Counted from the first letter of the stretch, positions 7,831 to 17,940 are shown. The stretch is DNA of 64,000 nt from Verrucomicrobiota bacterium (GCA_021772635.1 JAJFLP010000075.1:750-64749); one strand, 5' to 3'. Notes: generated by a model not told the origin, from the letters alone. Program-made: numbers and translations.

Positions 7831-9762
7831 ATGAAATCCTTTTATATAACGACACCGATATACTACGTAAACGATAAGCCGCATATCGGGCATGCGTATA
7901 CGACTATCCTGGCAGACGTTCTCGCGCGCTACCATCGATTGCTTGATGTCCCTACGTTTTTTCTAACGGGTACAGACGAGCACGGACAGAAGGTTGCGGA
8001 AGCAGCCAAAGCGAAAGGGATTGAACCGATTGAGCAGTGCGAGACGACAGTCGTCCGGTTTAGGGAATTGTGGGAAAAGCTGGAGATAACGAATGACGAT
8101 TTTATCCGAACAACGGAGGATCGGCATAAACGCGTGGTGCAGGAAATTCTGCAGCGGCTCTATGATGACGGAGAAATCTATAAGGCGAACTACGAAGGAT
8201 CGTATTGCACGCCGTGCGAACGATTCTATACGGATAAGGATCTAGTCGAGGGACGCTGTCCGGAGTGTAATCGCGATGTAGACACTATCATTGAGCCGAA
8301 TTATTTCTTCCGAATGGGCAAAGAGCAGGAATGGCTCATCGAGTACATAGATAATCACCCGGAGTTTATTCAACCGGCGCATCGTCGAAACGAGACCCTG
8401 GGGTTCCTGCGAAAACCGCTCGGTGACCTCTGCATCTCGCGACCTAAATCCCGATTATCGTGGGGCATAGAACTGCCGTTTGATAAAGATTACGTGTGTT
8501 ATGTCTGGTTCGATGCGTTGATTAATTATATCGGTGTGCCCGGTTACGGCAGTGACGATAGCAGGTTTTCAAAGTTTTGGCCGGCTACGTATCATTTGAT
8601 CGGCAAAGATATACTCACCACACACACGGTTTATTGGCCGATCATGTTAAAGGCGATTGGGATTGACCTTCCGCAAACGATTTTCGCGCACGGCTGGTGG
8701 CTGGTGGGTAAGGATAAAATGGGGAAATCGCTCGGGAATGTCGTCGATCCTATGAAGATGTGCGACGATTACGGAATCGACGCGTTTCGATACTTTTTAC
8801 TCGCAGAAATGACGCCGGGTAATGATGCCAGTTTTACGGATAAAGCATTTATCGACCGCTACAATACAGACCTGGCCGATAACCTTGGGAACATGTTGAA
8901 TCGGGCGGTGAAACTTATCCATCGATATTTCGACGGGCGAATTCCAGAAGCCGGTCCCGAAGAAGATGTAGATGCGCAGCTCAAATCCGTGACATTCGCC
9001 GCGGTTGAACAAATGACGGACGCGCTTGGGTCGATGAAACTGGACCGCGGATTGGACGCAGCGATGGGCGTTGTAAAGGAGTGTAATCGCTACTTTGAGC
9101 AAACGGCCCCATGGATCCTCGCAAAGGAGAAGAATACAGAGCGACTGGGGACAGTCCTTTATACAGCGGCGGAGTCGTTACGCATCGTGTCTGGCCTGTT
9201 ATTTCCAATCATGCCCACGAAAATGGCGGCAATGCGCGAAGTACTGGGATTAGGCGAAGACAAGGCGACACCAAAACTCGCGGATCTAAGTCGGTGGGCA
9301 GTACTCGAGTCTGGAACTAAGATCCAGGATCTGCACTCGTTATTTCCACGAATTGAGACACAGAAAAACGAAAGTAATCCGACGAAAAAGAATAAGGATA
9401 AACATAAAATGAATGATGGGAAAGATGCGCCCGACTTGGGAGTTATCGATATCAGTGATGTAGGGAAGGTTAAGCTAAAGACCGCAAAGATCATCGTGGC
9501 TGAGAAAATCGAAGGCGCCGATCGGATCTTGAGGCTTGAAATAATGGTCGGGTCCGAGCAAAGACAAATCATCGCCGGGATCGCGCAGTACTATTCTCCA
9601 GAAGAGCTGATCGGGAAAACGATCGTGGTGGTAACCAATCTAAAGCCAGCTACGATTCGCGGTGTTGAGTCGAACGGCATGCTCCTGGCCGCTAAAGATA
9701 AGGACGGATTGCATCTTATCACCGCCGACGGCAACTGTGAAAGCGGTGCGGAAGTAGGGTGA
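7831..9762 (+). CDS. metG: Methionine--tRNA ligase with C-terminal tRNA-binding domain
   Basis: ITTPIYYVNDKPHIGHAY, Zn knuckle, KMGKSLGN, C-terminal NLKPATIRGVESNGMLL. Confidence 0.97.
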   Translation: MKSFYITTPIYYVNDKPHIGHAYTTILADVLARYHRLLDVPTFFLTGTDEHGQKVAEAAKAKGIEPIEQCETTVVRFRELWEKLEITNDDFIRTTEDRHKRVVQEILQRLYDDGEIYKANYEGSYCTPCERFYTDKDLVEGRCPECNRDVDTIIEPNYFFRMGKEQEWLIEYIDNHPEFIQPAHRRNETLGFLRKPLGDLCISRPKSRLSWGIELPFDKDYVCYVWFDALINYIGVPGYGSDDSRFSKFWPATYHLIGKDILTTHTVYWPIMLKAIGIDLPQTIFAHGWWLVGKDKMGKSLGNVVDPMKMCDDYGIDAFRYFLLAEMTPGNDASFTDKAFIDRYNTDLADNLGNMLNRAVKLIHRYFDGRIPEAGPEEDVDAQLKSVTFAAVEQMTDALGSMKLDRGLDAAMGVVKECNRYFEQTAPWILAKEKNTERLGTVLYTAAESLRIVSGLLFPIMPTKMAAMREVLGLGEDKATPKLADLSRWAVLESGTKIQDLHSLFPRIETQKNESNPTKKNKDKHKMNDGKDAPDLGVIDISDVGKVKLKTAKIIVAEKIEGADRILRLEIMVGSEQRQIIAGIAQYYSPEELIGKTIVVVTNLKPATIRGVESNGMLLAAKDKDGLHLITADGNCESGAEVG

Positions 9763-9980
9763 TTTTGTATTGCCTGTTACGGGTTGCGTATTACGTGAGC
9801 GGGTGCTGTCCCGCCTTACGCGGAAGTCTTGAGTTATCCGGACCGCTTAGGCGCAAAGGTCGAATCTTGGGTGTTAATGTGGCATGAGAGTCCCGCTAAC
9901 GAATCAGAGCAGCAATCCGCCGACCTCTTTTTTCGGCCTCCTGCTAATATATAACGAAACTTTGCAGCGACGAAGCGAAG

Positions 9981-10065
9981 GTAGGAGGCAGCTCCTGCTG
10001 GCGATGTTTCTTATTTTGGTACTGCTACGAAAAATATATTATCGCGAGCAGGAGCTCCCTCCTAC
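9981..10065. repeat. GTAG-type REP doublet (REPIN-like)
   Basis: gtaggaggcagctcctgctggcgat versus reverse complement of 10041-10065 gtaggagggagctcctgctcgcgat (2 mismatches in 25). Confidence 0.8.
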
Positions 10066-10195
10066 ATTGTCAACAGCCTCTAAATCGTTTAAATTTCGAG
10101 GGATATGCATAACCGGGACGGTCATGGCAAATTGTCCCTGTCCGCGTTCCAGTTTCCTCGTATTCTCGACAACTTTACTGTATCGAAATATATTA

Positions 10196-10210
10196 GTTCC
10201 AAAATGGAAC
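10196..10210. promoter_or_regulatory. Palindromic TA operator
   Basis: GTTCCA-AAA-TGGAAC, 16 bp upstream of the antitoxin start. Confidence 0.55.
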
Positions 10211-10226
10211 CATATCGGAGTTTCCC

Positions 10227-10469
10227 ATGCCTAGTATAACCGTAAAAAATATACCTGATAAAGTATATGCAGATCTAAAGGAATCCGCAGCAGCCAATCA
10301 TCGGAGTATTAATAGCCAAATAATTGTGTGCTTAGAGCAAGCGTTTTGCTGCCGTAAAGTTGATGTCGAACGCGTAATACGCGACGCACGGGAAATTCGA
10401 GAGCACACGAGGCGCTGCGCAATTTCCGATGAGGAAATTAATGAAGCGAAGAACTACGGACGACCATGA
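10227..10469 (+). CDS. FitA/Arc-like RHH antitoxin
   Basis: MPSITVKNIPD..Y..LK..AAANHRSIN. Confidence 0.85.
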   Translation: MPSITVKNIPDKVYADLKESAAANHRSINSQIIVCLEQAFCCRKVDVERVIRDAREIREHTRRCAISDEEINEAKNYGRP

Positions 10470-10873
10470 TCGTCGTTGATACCAACGTAATCGTATATTT
10501 CTACTTAGAAAGCGACATGTCGATCCATGCTGAGTCTGCATACCGAAAGGATCCGAATTGGAGCGCACCAGCGCTTTGGCGCAGTGAGTTTAGAAACGTT
10601 CTCTCTATTTGTTTACGAAATCGTCGAATGCCGCGGGCTGCTGCTCAGACAATTGTTGATAGAGCGGAGACGCTGATGCAGAACCATGACTTCCAAATCC
10701 CGTCGGCGAAAGTCTTAAGTTTAGTTGCTAACAGCAAATGCTCTGCATACGATTGTGAGTTTGTGGCGTTGGCCCGGGATTTAAGGGTCCCGCTGGTGAC
10801 AGTTGATAAATTAATCCTTCGGGAGTTTTCAAAAGTAGCAATTAATTTAGTGGATTTCGTCAACGATAATTAA
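10466..10873 (+). CDS. vapC: PIN-domain VapC toxin
   Basis: MIVVDTNV, SEFRNVL, SAYDCEFVALA, LVTVD; 4-bp overlap with the antitoxin. Confidence 0.9.
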   Translation: MIVVDTNVIVYFYLESDMSIHAESAYRKDPNWSAPALWRSEFRNVLSICLRNRRMPRAAAQTIVDRAETLMQNHDFQIPSAKVLSLVANSKCSAYDCEFVALARDLRVPLVTVDKLILREFSKVAINLVDFVNDN

Positions 10874-11039
10874 GAGAAAGATTGGCGTTGGTTATTCGTT
10901 ATTTGTCGCTTAATAACTCCGTACGAGCGCGAGAGTCTCGGTTATCAATACGGCTTATGCGGGATAACACGGACCACGAATCACGCAATACGTAACAGGC
11001 TTCACCAAGTCCGCCTTCACTCACGAAATAGGTACAGCT

Positions 11040-11876
11040 ATGCAAAAATACGGCATAATTGGTTGGCCGGTAGAGCATTCTTTGTCTCCGAAGATGCAAC
11101 AAGCTGCATTTGATGAACTTCGCATCGAAGCGACATACGACCTATTGCCGGTCGAGCCTTCAAATCTCGAAAATAAGGTCGAAGAGCTAAAGACGGCAGG
11201 GTACTCTGGATGGAATGTTACAGTCCCGCATAAGAGCGCTATTCTCCCGTTTCTTGATGTTATCGATCCGGCGGCCGCAGCTGGTGAGAGCGTTAATACG
11301 GTCGTAAACAGGGGAGGGGAGTTACACGGATTTTCGACGGATGGCTATGGCCTGGAGATGGCGGTAAAGGAAGCGTTTAATCTGGAAATCGAGGGAAATA
11401 GATTCTTATTCTGGGGAACAGGCGGAGCGGCACAGGCAGCCACGACCCACTTTGCTTTGCGGGATGCAGCAGCCATCACTCTGGTCAATCGCACCCATAA
11501 CAAAGCTGTATCCCTGAAGATGAGATTAGAGCAGCTCTCGAGTGGATGTGAGATTAGCGCCCTGCAGCGATCAGAATCGGAGAGATTGAAAGAATGCCTC
11601 ACCTCAGTGGACGTTGTGATTCAGTGCACGTCGATTGGATTGCGCCCCGATGATTCCATTTCAATGCCTCTAGACCTCCTGCCTCGGCACACGAAGATCG
11701 TCGATATGATTTATAACGAAACTGAATTATTGCGGCAGGCGAAAGCGTTTGGTCACGACGCCGTCAATGGTAGTCGTATGCTCCTTCATCAGGGAGCGAA
11801 AGCATTCCGCCTATGGACGGAAAAAGATGCGCCTGTCGAGGTTATGCAGAATGCGCTGAAGGCTGTCTCGAGCTAG
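11040..11876 (+). CDS. aroE: Shikimate dehydrogenase
   Basis: GWPVEHSLSP, NVTVPHK, VNT, STDGYG, GTGGAA, MLLHQGA. Confidence 0.95.
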   Translation: MQKYGIIGWPVEHSLSPKMQQAAFDELRIEATYDLLPVEPSNLENKVEELKTAGYSGWNVTVPHKSAILPFLDVIDPAAAAGESVNTVVNRGGELHGFSTDGYGLEMAVKEAFNLEIEGNRFLFWGTGGAAQAATTHFALRDAAAITLVNRTHNKAVSLKMRLEQLSSGCEISALQRSESERLKECLTSVDVVIQCTSIGLRPDDSISMPLDLLPRHTKIVDMIYNETELLRQAKAFGHDAVNGSRMLLHQGAKAFRLWTEKDAPVEVMQNALKAVSS

Positions 11877-11886
11877 ACTTAGCGGT

Positions 11887-13314
11887 TTACTTCCTACCAG
11901 GCTTCTTCGACGTACTGACCTTAGCGTTGCTCGCGTTTTTCTTAGTTTTTTCTTTTCGCAATTGCTCAGCACAGAACTCTTTGTAGTCGTCGATTTCGCG
12001 AACGGCAGGGTGAACGTCATAAGAGGCGCATTCAGAGGTGTCTGTCAATATCGCGCCGCTATCGAGTAGTTCGCTGGCGAAATTACGTGCAGCGATTACA
12101 CCGTCAGGGCTTACATCTTGATTCGCTAAAAACTCGCCACGCTTCGTTTGATCGATCCGAAAGATTAGTGGATAAAAGACTTCGTGCGGAATTAAAAGCT
12201 TTTCGTAGTACGCGGAAAGACGTTTCATAGCAACGTCAGCGCTGCTCCTATCGATCTTTCGCTTACCTGAGATTCGCGCCGCACGCTGTGCGTAGTTCAC
12301 CAGCGACATTAAATCACGTGGATTTCCGCCGGACATCGTAGCAAGGTCCTGCAGTACCGACGTTGATTCAAATGTCTTCTTAACGTCCGCACGTTTTCCG
12401 ATGAGTTCTAAGAGTCCTTTCACTCCCGCCTTTCCCTCCTTGCCTGTCGAATCACGCAAATTCGCCAGTGGCAGCGTAAAGGTATGTTCAAAATGATTGC
12501 TTATGTGCAACGGCGGAACGTTGAGGGCCATTGGCGCCGTCGCAACGTGATGAACTCTAAGGGACTTGAGAATATCCGCGCTGTCGAAGAAAATACGGCG
12601 GGCGGCGGCATGAGACATATGATCAAGGTTATCCTGCAGAATCACGAGGTCCGGCTTCCGGTCGATCCGCGTGAGGGTCGCTCGGGCATCGTCGAGAAGC
12701 AGGTTCACGTGGTATACAAACTCTTCGGTATAACTGTGAAGTCGCTCCCGCATATTTTGTCGATGCGTTGAACTTGCAGCCATTTTGGATTTAATTCGAT
12801 TGAGTATCTGAATCGTCGTCCAGTAAAACCCATACTCTGCCTGAAGGTCCGTCCCGGATTCAGACCTGATTTCTTCCTTAACAACTTCGACGTCGTCGAA
12901 ACTCCGTCGTGAAATCCAATCGGTAAATGCGATCACAACATTCGAATCTAAAGGCCAGCGTTCAATAGAGTATTGGCGGATCAGATTCTCGACGAGCCAA
13001 ACGAGAAGATCAAGAATATCACAGTCACGGAGAACGTGATTTGAGATGGGGAAATACAAAGGTGTGAACCGATCGCCGAGCTCGTGGCCTAGGCGTCGTA
13101 ACTCTGTTGTTTTCCCTGATCCGCGATAGCCGCATAAGACGATCTTTGCGAAGCGGCCAGCCGCAGCGTCGCTATCCCGTATCTGGAGGCGAAGCTGTTG
13201 TAACTCATCGGAGCCGCGAGCAGCGGTCAGGTCATGGTATTTTTCATCGTCCGGTGCGAGAGGGGCGCGGTCGAAGCAGGAAGAGATCTCGCTCAATTGT
13301 TTGGCTACTTTCAT
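11887..13314 (-). CDS. P-loop ATPase of unknown function
   Basis: Walker A GYRGSGKT, Walker B-like VILQDNLD, SGGNPRDL. Confidence 0.75.
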   Translation of the reverse strand: MKVAKQLSEISSCFDRAPLAPDDEKYHDLTAARGSDELQQLRLQIRDSDAAAGRFAKIVLCGYRGSGKTTELRRLGHELGDRFTPLYFPISNHVLRDCDILDLLVWLVENLIRQYSIERWPLDSNVVIAFTDWISRRSFDDVEVVKEEIRSESGTDLQAEYGFYWTTIQILNRIKSKMAASSTHRQNMRERLHSYTEEFVYHVNLLLDDARATLTRIDRKPDLVILQDNLDHMSHAAARRIFFDSADILKSLRVHHVATAPMALNVPPLHISNHFEHTFTLPLANLRDSTGKEGKAGVKGLLELIGKRADVKKTFESTSVLQDLATMSGGNPRDLMSLVNYAQRAARISGKRKIDRSSADVAMKRLSAYYEKLLIPHEVFYPLIFRIDQTKRGEFLANQDVSPDGVIAARNFASELLDSGAILTDTSECASYDVHPAVREIDDYKEFCAEQLRKEKTKKNASNAKVSTSKKPGRK

Positions 13315-13480
13315 ATGAATCCGGAAGGCGACTAGGGTTTGATTGTAACGAAAGTTTTCGAGGGCGATTCGCCGAGCCCGTTCTGGGTCTCTGTTATTCC
13401 AAAAGGAAACAGGTTTTCGGCGAAGTTAATGTGGGAGGCGCTGTCTCCCACATTAAGAAGAGCCTCAAACTCGTTGAAGA

Positions 13481-13621
13481 TTCAAGGGTGCCCACCAGTG
13501 GGGTTCCTTTTTAACCCACATTTTACAATACGAAACGGGTTCATCCATAGTTTTTGGGTCAATTTCCGACAGAACAAAATCTGGAATCTAAAATCATAAA
13601 TCTAAAATTCGTCCAAGTTTC
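13481..13621 (-). repeat. Family B copy 2 (inverted relative to 6240-6378)
   Basis: Near-identity to the reverse complement of 6240-6378. Confidence 0.9.
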
Positions 13622-13682
13622 AAGGGAGCAACCGTCCAGGCCGTACCGACCCGGTTAATATAATAGGAAACTCAGGTTAAGG

Positions 13683-13773
13683 CACGCTGAAGCGTGAACT
13701 CCAACGGGGGACCTTAACAACACTAATCTTTTCGTATGCAAGTAGCACCCGTTGGAGTTCACACTTTAGTGTG
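13683..13773. repeat. REP doublet (REPIN-like)
   Basis: cacgctgaagcgtgaactccaacggg versus reverse complement of 13748-13773 cacactaaagtgtgaactccaacggg; 3 mismatches in 26, two of them compensatory. Confidence 0.8.
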
Positions 13774-13843
13774 TCAAAATGACGAAGTTTCAAGGGAAAC
13801 TATAGTTATCGATCTCAATCGTTTCTGACGCAAGTGACAGGCG

Positions 13844-15538
13844 CTATTGCTTCTTCGCTATCTTCGACCACGAGTCTCGCAGCGCTACGGTGCGGTTAAA
13901 GATTAGATTCCCGGGACTCGAATCATTGTCAACGCAAAAGTACCCCTGCCGTTCGAATTGATATTTATCGCCGGGGACCGCGTCTCGAGTGCTGGGCTCA
14001 ACTTTGCACGGCTTGAGGACAGTCAGTGACTCCGGATTCATCAAGTCGGTGTAGTTATCCGGATTCTCGGAACCTAGCGGATTCTCATCTGTGAAAAGGC
14101 GATCATACAGACGAACCTCAGCATTGAGAGCGTGTGCCACTGAAACCCAGTGGATCGTTCCTTTTACTTTACGACCATCCGGCGAAGAGCCACCACGGGT
14201 TTCCGGGTCGTACGTACACCGCAATTCCACAATTTCGCCGGTGTCCGGATCTTTGATTGCGTCGACGCATGTGATGTAATAACCGTATCTGAGACGAACT
14301 TCGCGGCCGGGACCAAGTCGAAAAAATTTCTTCGGCGGATCCTCAAGAAAATCATCGCGTTCAATATAGATCTCGCGTGAAAAGAAGACACTCCGTGTCC
14401 CCATTTCCGGGTCCTCCGGGTTATTAATGGCGTCCAGTTCATCAACCTCACCTTCCGGGTAATTCTCGATCACGACGCGCAGTGGATCTAATACAGCCAT
14501 AACACGCTGCGATTTCTTGTTGAGATCTTCACGCACACAATGCTCAAGCAACGCAATATCCGTGAGGCTATTGAACTTAGTCACACCGATCCGTTCACAG
14601 AAGTTTCGTATCGCAGCCGGCGTATAACCGCGGCGGCGCAGCCCTGAAATCGTAGGCATTCGCGGATCGTCCCATCCGTCTACATGTCCCTCCGCCACAA
14701 GCTCCAGGAGCCTACGTTTACTCATCATAGTATAGCCCAAGTTGAGACGTGCAAACTCAATCTGTTGGGGATGACACTCGACATTCAGTTGGTCAAGAAA
14801 CCAGTCGTACAAGGGCCGGTGGATCTCGAATTCCAAGGTGCATATTGAGTGCGTAATCCCTTCGATTGAGTCAGACACGCAATGCGCAAAATCGTACATC
14901 GGGTAAATGCACCAGGCATCGCCTGTCCGGTGATGAGTCGCTCGACGGATACGATAAACGACCGGATCCCGCATATGTACATTCGGATCGGCCATATTGA
15001 TTTTGGCACGCAACACGTACGCCCCGTCGTCAAACTCCCCCGCGCGCATTTTCTGGAATAGCTCAAGGTTCTCTGAAATCGATCTATCCCGGCACGGACT
15101 ATCTTTCCCAGGCTCTTTCAGGGTGCCACGGTATGGGCGAAATTCTTCTTCGGATAAATCGCAAACGTAGGCCTTCCCGGATTCGATTAGTTGTACCGCA
15201 TAGTTGTAGAGCTTCTCGAAATAGTCGGAAGCGTAGTAAAGCCGATCTTCCCAATCGAATCCAAGCCAGTGGACGTCTTCGATTATCGACTCTATGTACT
15301 CCGTGTCTTCGGTGACTGGATTAGTGTCGTCAAATCGTAAATTACACAAACGACCTGCCTCCTCTTTGGCGATTCCGAAATTCAGGCAAATCGACTTGGC
15401 GTGTCCGATGTGAAGATAGCCGTTTGGTTCCGGAGGGAACCTGGTATGAACTCGGCCGTTATTCTTATTCACAGCAAGATCTGCAGCTATAATATCTCGA
15501 ATGAAGTTAGTAGGGGCTTGTGATTCTGTATTCGGCAT
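13844..15538 (-). CDS. glnS: Glutamine--tRNA ligase
   Basis: [41 protein letters not shown]. Confidence 0.98.
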   Translation of the reverse strand: MPNTESQAPTNFIRDIIAADLAVNKNNGRVHTRFPPEPNGYLHIGHAKSICLNFGIAKEEAGRLCNLRFDDTNPVTEDTEYIESIIEDVHWLGFDWEDRLYYASDYFEKLYNYAVQLIESGKAYVCDLSEEEFRPYRGTLKEPGKDSPCRDRSISENLELFQKMRAGEFDDGAYVLRAKINMADPNVHMRDPVVYRIRRATHHRTGDAWCIYPMYDFAHCVSDSIEGITHSICTLEFEIHRPLYDWFLDQLNVECHPQQIEFARLNLGYTMMSKRRLLELVAEGHVDGWDDPRMPTISGLRRRGYTPAAIRNFCERIGVTKFNSLTDIALLEHCVREDLNKKSQRVMAVLDPLRVVIENYPEGEVDELDAINNPEDPEMGTRSVFFSREIYIERDDFLEDPPKKFFRLGPGREVRLRYGYYITCVDAIKDPDTGEIVELRCTYDPETRGGSSPDGRKVKGTIHWVSVAHALNAEVRLYDRLFTDENPLGSENPDNYTDLMNPESLTVLKPCKVEPSTRDAVPGDKYQFERQGYFCVDNDSSPGNLIFNRTVALRDSWSKIAKKQ

Positions 15539-15627
15539 AATAAGATTCTCGTATTCAACTTAGGCAGACGCCAGTTATGATTATAATTGCATTCAATGCA
15601 ATGTTATGAGATAGTGAATTGTGTTTA

Positions 15628-15732
15628 ATCAACTTCCTCGGGGCAAGCCCGCGAGGCATGAGAGACTCTTATAGCTTTACTACGTTCGTGCTGGAAAACA
15701 GAACGGAGAATTAAACCCACTGGTGGGATTAA
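15628..15732 (+). repeat. ~100-bp element with cctcg..gcaag..cgagg hairpin and a family B end
   Basis: Homologous to the reverse complement of 51243-51338; both end in aaacccactggtgggattaa. Confidence 0.75.
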
Positions 15733-15839
15733 AATGAAGCACTGAACGTATTATTAATGTCAAAGAATTCAAGCCTGAAGTCTACTGCTTCGAATCCATC
15801 GAAACATCGTCATCAAAACCGATTGACTGAGATATATCT

Positions 15840-17429
15840 ATGCAAACACGCGTTCGATTCGCACCGTCACCAACCGGCCAGGTACATATAGGCAATATTC
15901 GTACGGCGATTTTTAATTGGCTTTACGCCCGTCATACGGGCGGGAAATTTTTATTGAGAATCGAGGATACTGACCGTGAACGATCGACTTCAGAGGCAGT
16001 AACACAGTTGCTGGCTGAACTCTCGTGGCTCGGGCTGGATTTCGATGATACGCCCTTATACCAAAGCTCGCGCCTCGCCGAGCATGTGGAACACTCTAAG
16101 AGTTTAGTCGACTGCGGTCACGCGTATCCCTACAAGAAAGGGGAGGGCGGTGAAGTGGTTTTATTTAGAATACCGTGGAACGCCGACTCCTTTCCGAATA
16201 TTCGGGATTGCCAGTCAGCCTCAATCGCCCTGCATCCTGACGTGCCTGTAAGAATAAACGCCAATGGACTTTCCTACGCTCAAGTGAGTAAGAAAGGAAA
16301 ACCTATGCCAACAGAATCGTGTCTGGCCGGATTTCGCGAATTGGAAATCTACGACACGGATCGGGCTAAGATCTTCAGTCTGGAACCTGTTGTAGACGAA
16401 ATTTTAGCAGGCGGACAAACGGTGTCACTCGAGAATGTATCTGAAATGACATTTTTACGGAGAGAAGTTTATTTCAATGATCTTATTAAGGGTGAACTAT
16501 CAAAACCACTTGATAGCATGAAAGACCTGGTAATCGTCCGCAGCGACGGCACCCCGGTTTTTCATCTGGCCAACGTCGTCGACGACTGCCACCAGAACAT
16601 TACCCATATTATCCGCGGCGACGATCACATTGAGAACACGTATCGTCACGTATTACTTTTTCAAGCGCTCGGCGCCGCCCCCCCTACATACGCCCATCTC
16701 CCGATGATCATTAACGCCCAGGGGAAACCGTATAGCAAGCGGGATGGAGATGCTTATCTGGGTGAATTCCGTGACAACGGTTATCTTGCGGATGCGGTTC
16801 TTAACTATCTGACCCTTTTGGGGTGGTCTCCGGGCGAGGATCTTGAGAAGATGAATCGCGGTGAACTTATCGAGCGTTTTACCCTGGATCGTGTTCAAAG
16901 TTCACCTGCGCAGATGGATATCAATAAGCTTCAGCATATGAACGGGCTGTATATTCCTGAGCTCGGTGAAGCCGATTTCATTCAAGAGGTGAGGGCGGTT
17001 GTAAAAAACGAGCCCTGGGGTAAGGACGTCGATTCCAACTACTTCTCCGCGGTCGCGCGTCTTATGCAGAGTCGGACAAAGCTCTATTCGCAAGCGAAGG
17101 AGTGGGGATATTTCTTTGAGGAGGACATCAGCTTTGATGAGAAATTCGTGAGGAAACACTTACAGAAACCAGGTATCGCAGAGGCGCTGCTTGAGATCGG
17201 AGAGTCACTGAGGTCAACGCCGTTCGAACTTCCATCGATTGAGCAAGCGATTCACGACGTGACCGATAAGCGTGATATCAAGCAAGGCAAACTCAATATG
17301 CCATTGCGAATCGCTTTAACCGGTGTTCCGACAGGCGCTGGAATTTACGAGATCATCTTGCTGTTAGGCGAAGAAACTGTACTCAGACGACTAAATCACG
17401 CGATCACTGTTTTATGTACTTCAGGTTAG
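15840..17429 (+). CDS. gltX: Glutamate--tRNA ligase with ~95-aa insertion
   Basis: RFAPSPTG.HIGN, LRIEDTD, IIRGDDH, KPYSKR, PLRIALTG. Confidence 0.95.
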   Translation: MQTRVRFAPSPTGQVHIGNIRTAIFNWLYARHTGGKFLLRIEDTDRERSTSEAVTQLLAELSWLGLDFDDTPLYQSSRLAEHVEHSKSLVDCGHAYPYKKGEGGEVVLFRIPWNADSFPNIRDCQSASIALHPDVPVRINANGLSYAQVSKKGKPMPTESCLAGFRELEIYDTDRAKIFSLEPVVDEILAGGQTVSLENVSEMTFLRREVYFNDLIKGELSKPLDSMKDLVIVRSDGTPVFHLANVVDDCHQNITHIIRGDDHIENTYRHVLLFQALGAAPPTYAHLPMIINAQGKPYSKRDGDAYLGEFRDNGYLADAVLNYLTLLGWSPGEDLEKMNRGELIERFTLDRVQSSPAQMDINKLQHMNGLYIPELGEADFIQEVRAVVKNEPWGKDVDSNYFSAVARLMQSRTKLYSQAKEWGYFFEEDISFDEKFVRKHLQKPGIAEALLEIGESLRSTPFELPSIEQAIHDVTDKRDIKQGKLNMPLRIALTGVPTGAGIYEIILLLGEETVLRRLNHAITVLCTSG

Positions 17430-17462
17430 TACATCTCATAATCGATGGACTGCTGGCCGATC

Positions 17463-17940
17463 CTATGCGTTCGGACCGACCGTGTTGAGTTCGTCCCGCA
17501 CCGCTTTGCCGATTGAGTCGCGGGTATATGGCTTCGAAAGATAGGTCGCGGCGCCAAGTGCCTGAGCTTCTTTCACTCGATCGCTTTCCGAGTATCCGCT
17601 GGCAATAACGCATTTCTGCCCCGGATTTTTTTACGACTTCCCGAACAGTTCAAAATCCCTGTCCCCGTGTCTAAAATTCCGAGTTTGCAGTATTCTCCCG
17701 GTCCAATAACGTCGTATCCCTTTATTCGGATTCTTAACTACTACCCGCTCTGTTATGATTGTCAGTGCGCCACTGGTCTCCATCGCCTCAATCGCGTTTA
17801 TGACAAGGTTTATTATCGCCTGAGATAGATGTGTTGGAGAGCCCTCGATCGCCCCAAGTTCGGCGTCGAGTTCCAGCTTGAGTTCGATTTTTGGAAATCG
17901 TGATCGTAATTCCTTGTAGCTGCGAGAATTTTCAGAAAAC
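17463..17940 (-). pseudogene. Frameshifted, internally deleted hybrid histidine kinase (HATPase_c + receiver)
   Basis: Manual translation across three frames: HLSQAIINLVINAIEAM (N box); GEYCKLGILDTGTGI (G1 box); NPGQKCVIASGYSESDRVKEAQALGAATYLSKPY (receiver C-terminal half). Confidence 0.75.

Larger units (their letters stand above)
9769..11000. repeat. Third inverted pair of 7-mer arrays, bracketing a TA module
   Basis: Left arm 9769-9796 (gcctgttac..gttgcgt attacgt); right arm 10962-11000 (acgaatc acgcaat acgtaac aggc). Confidence 0.6.
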
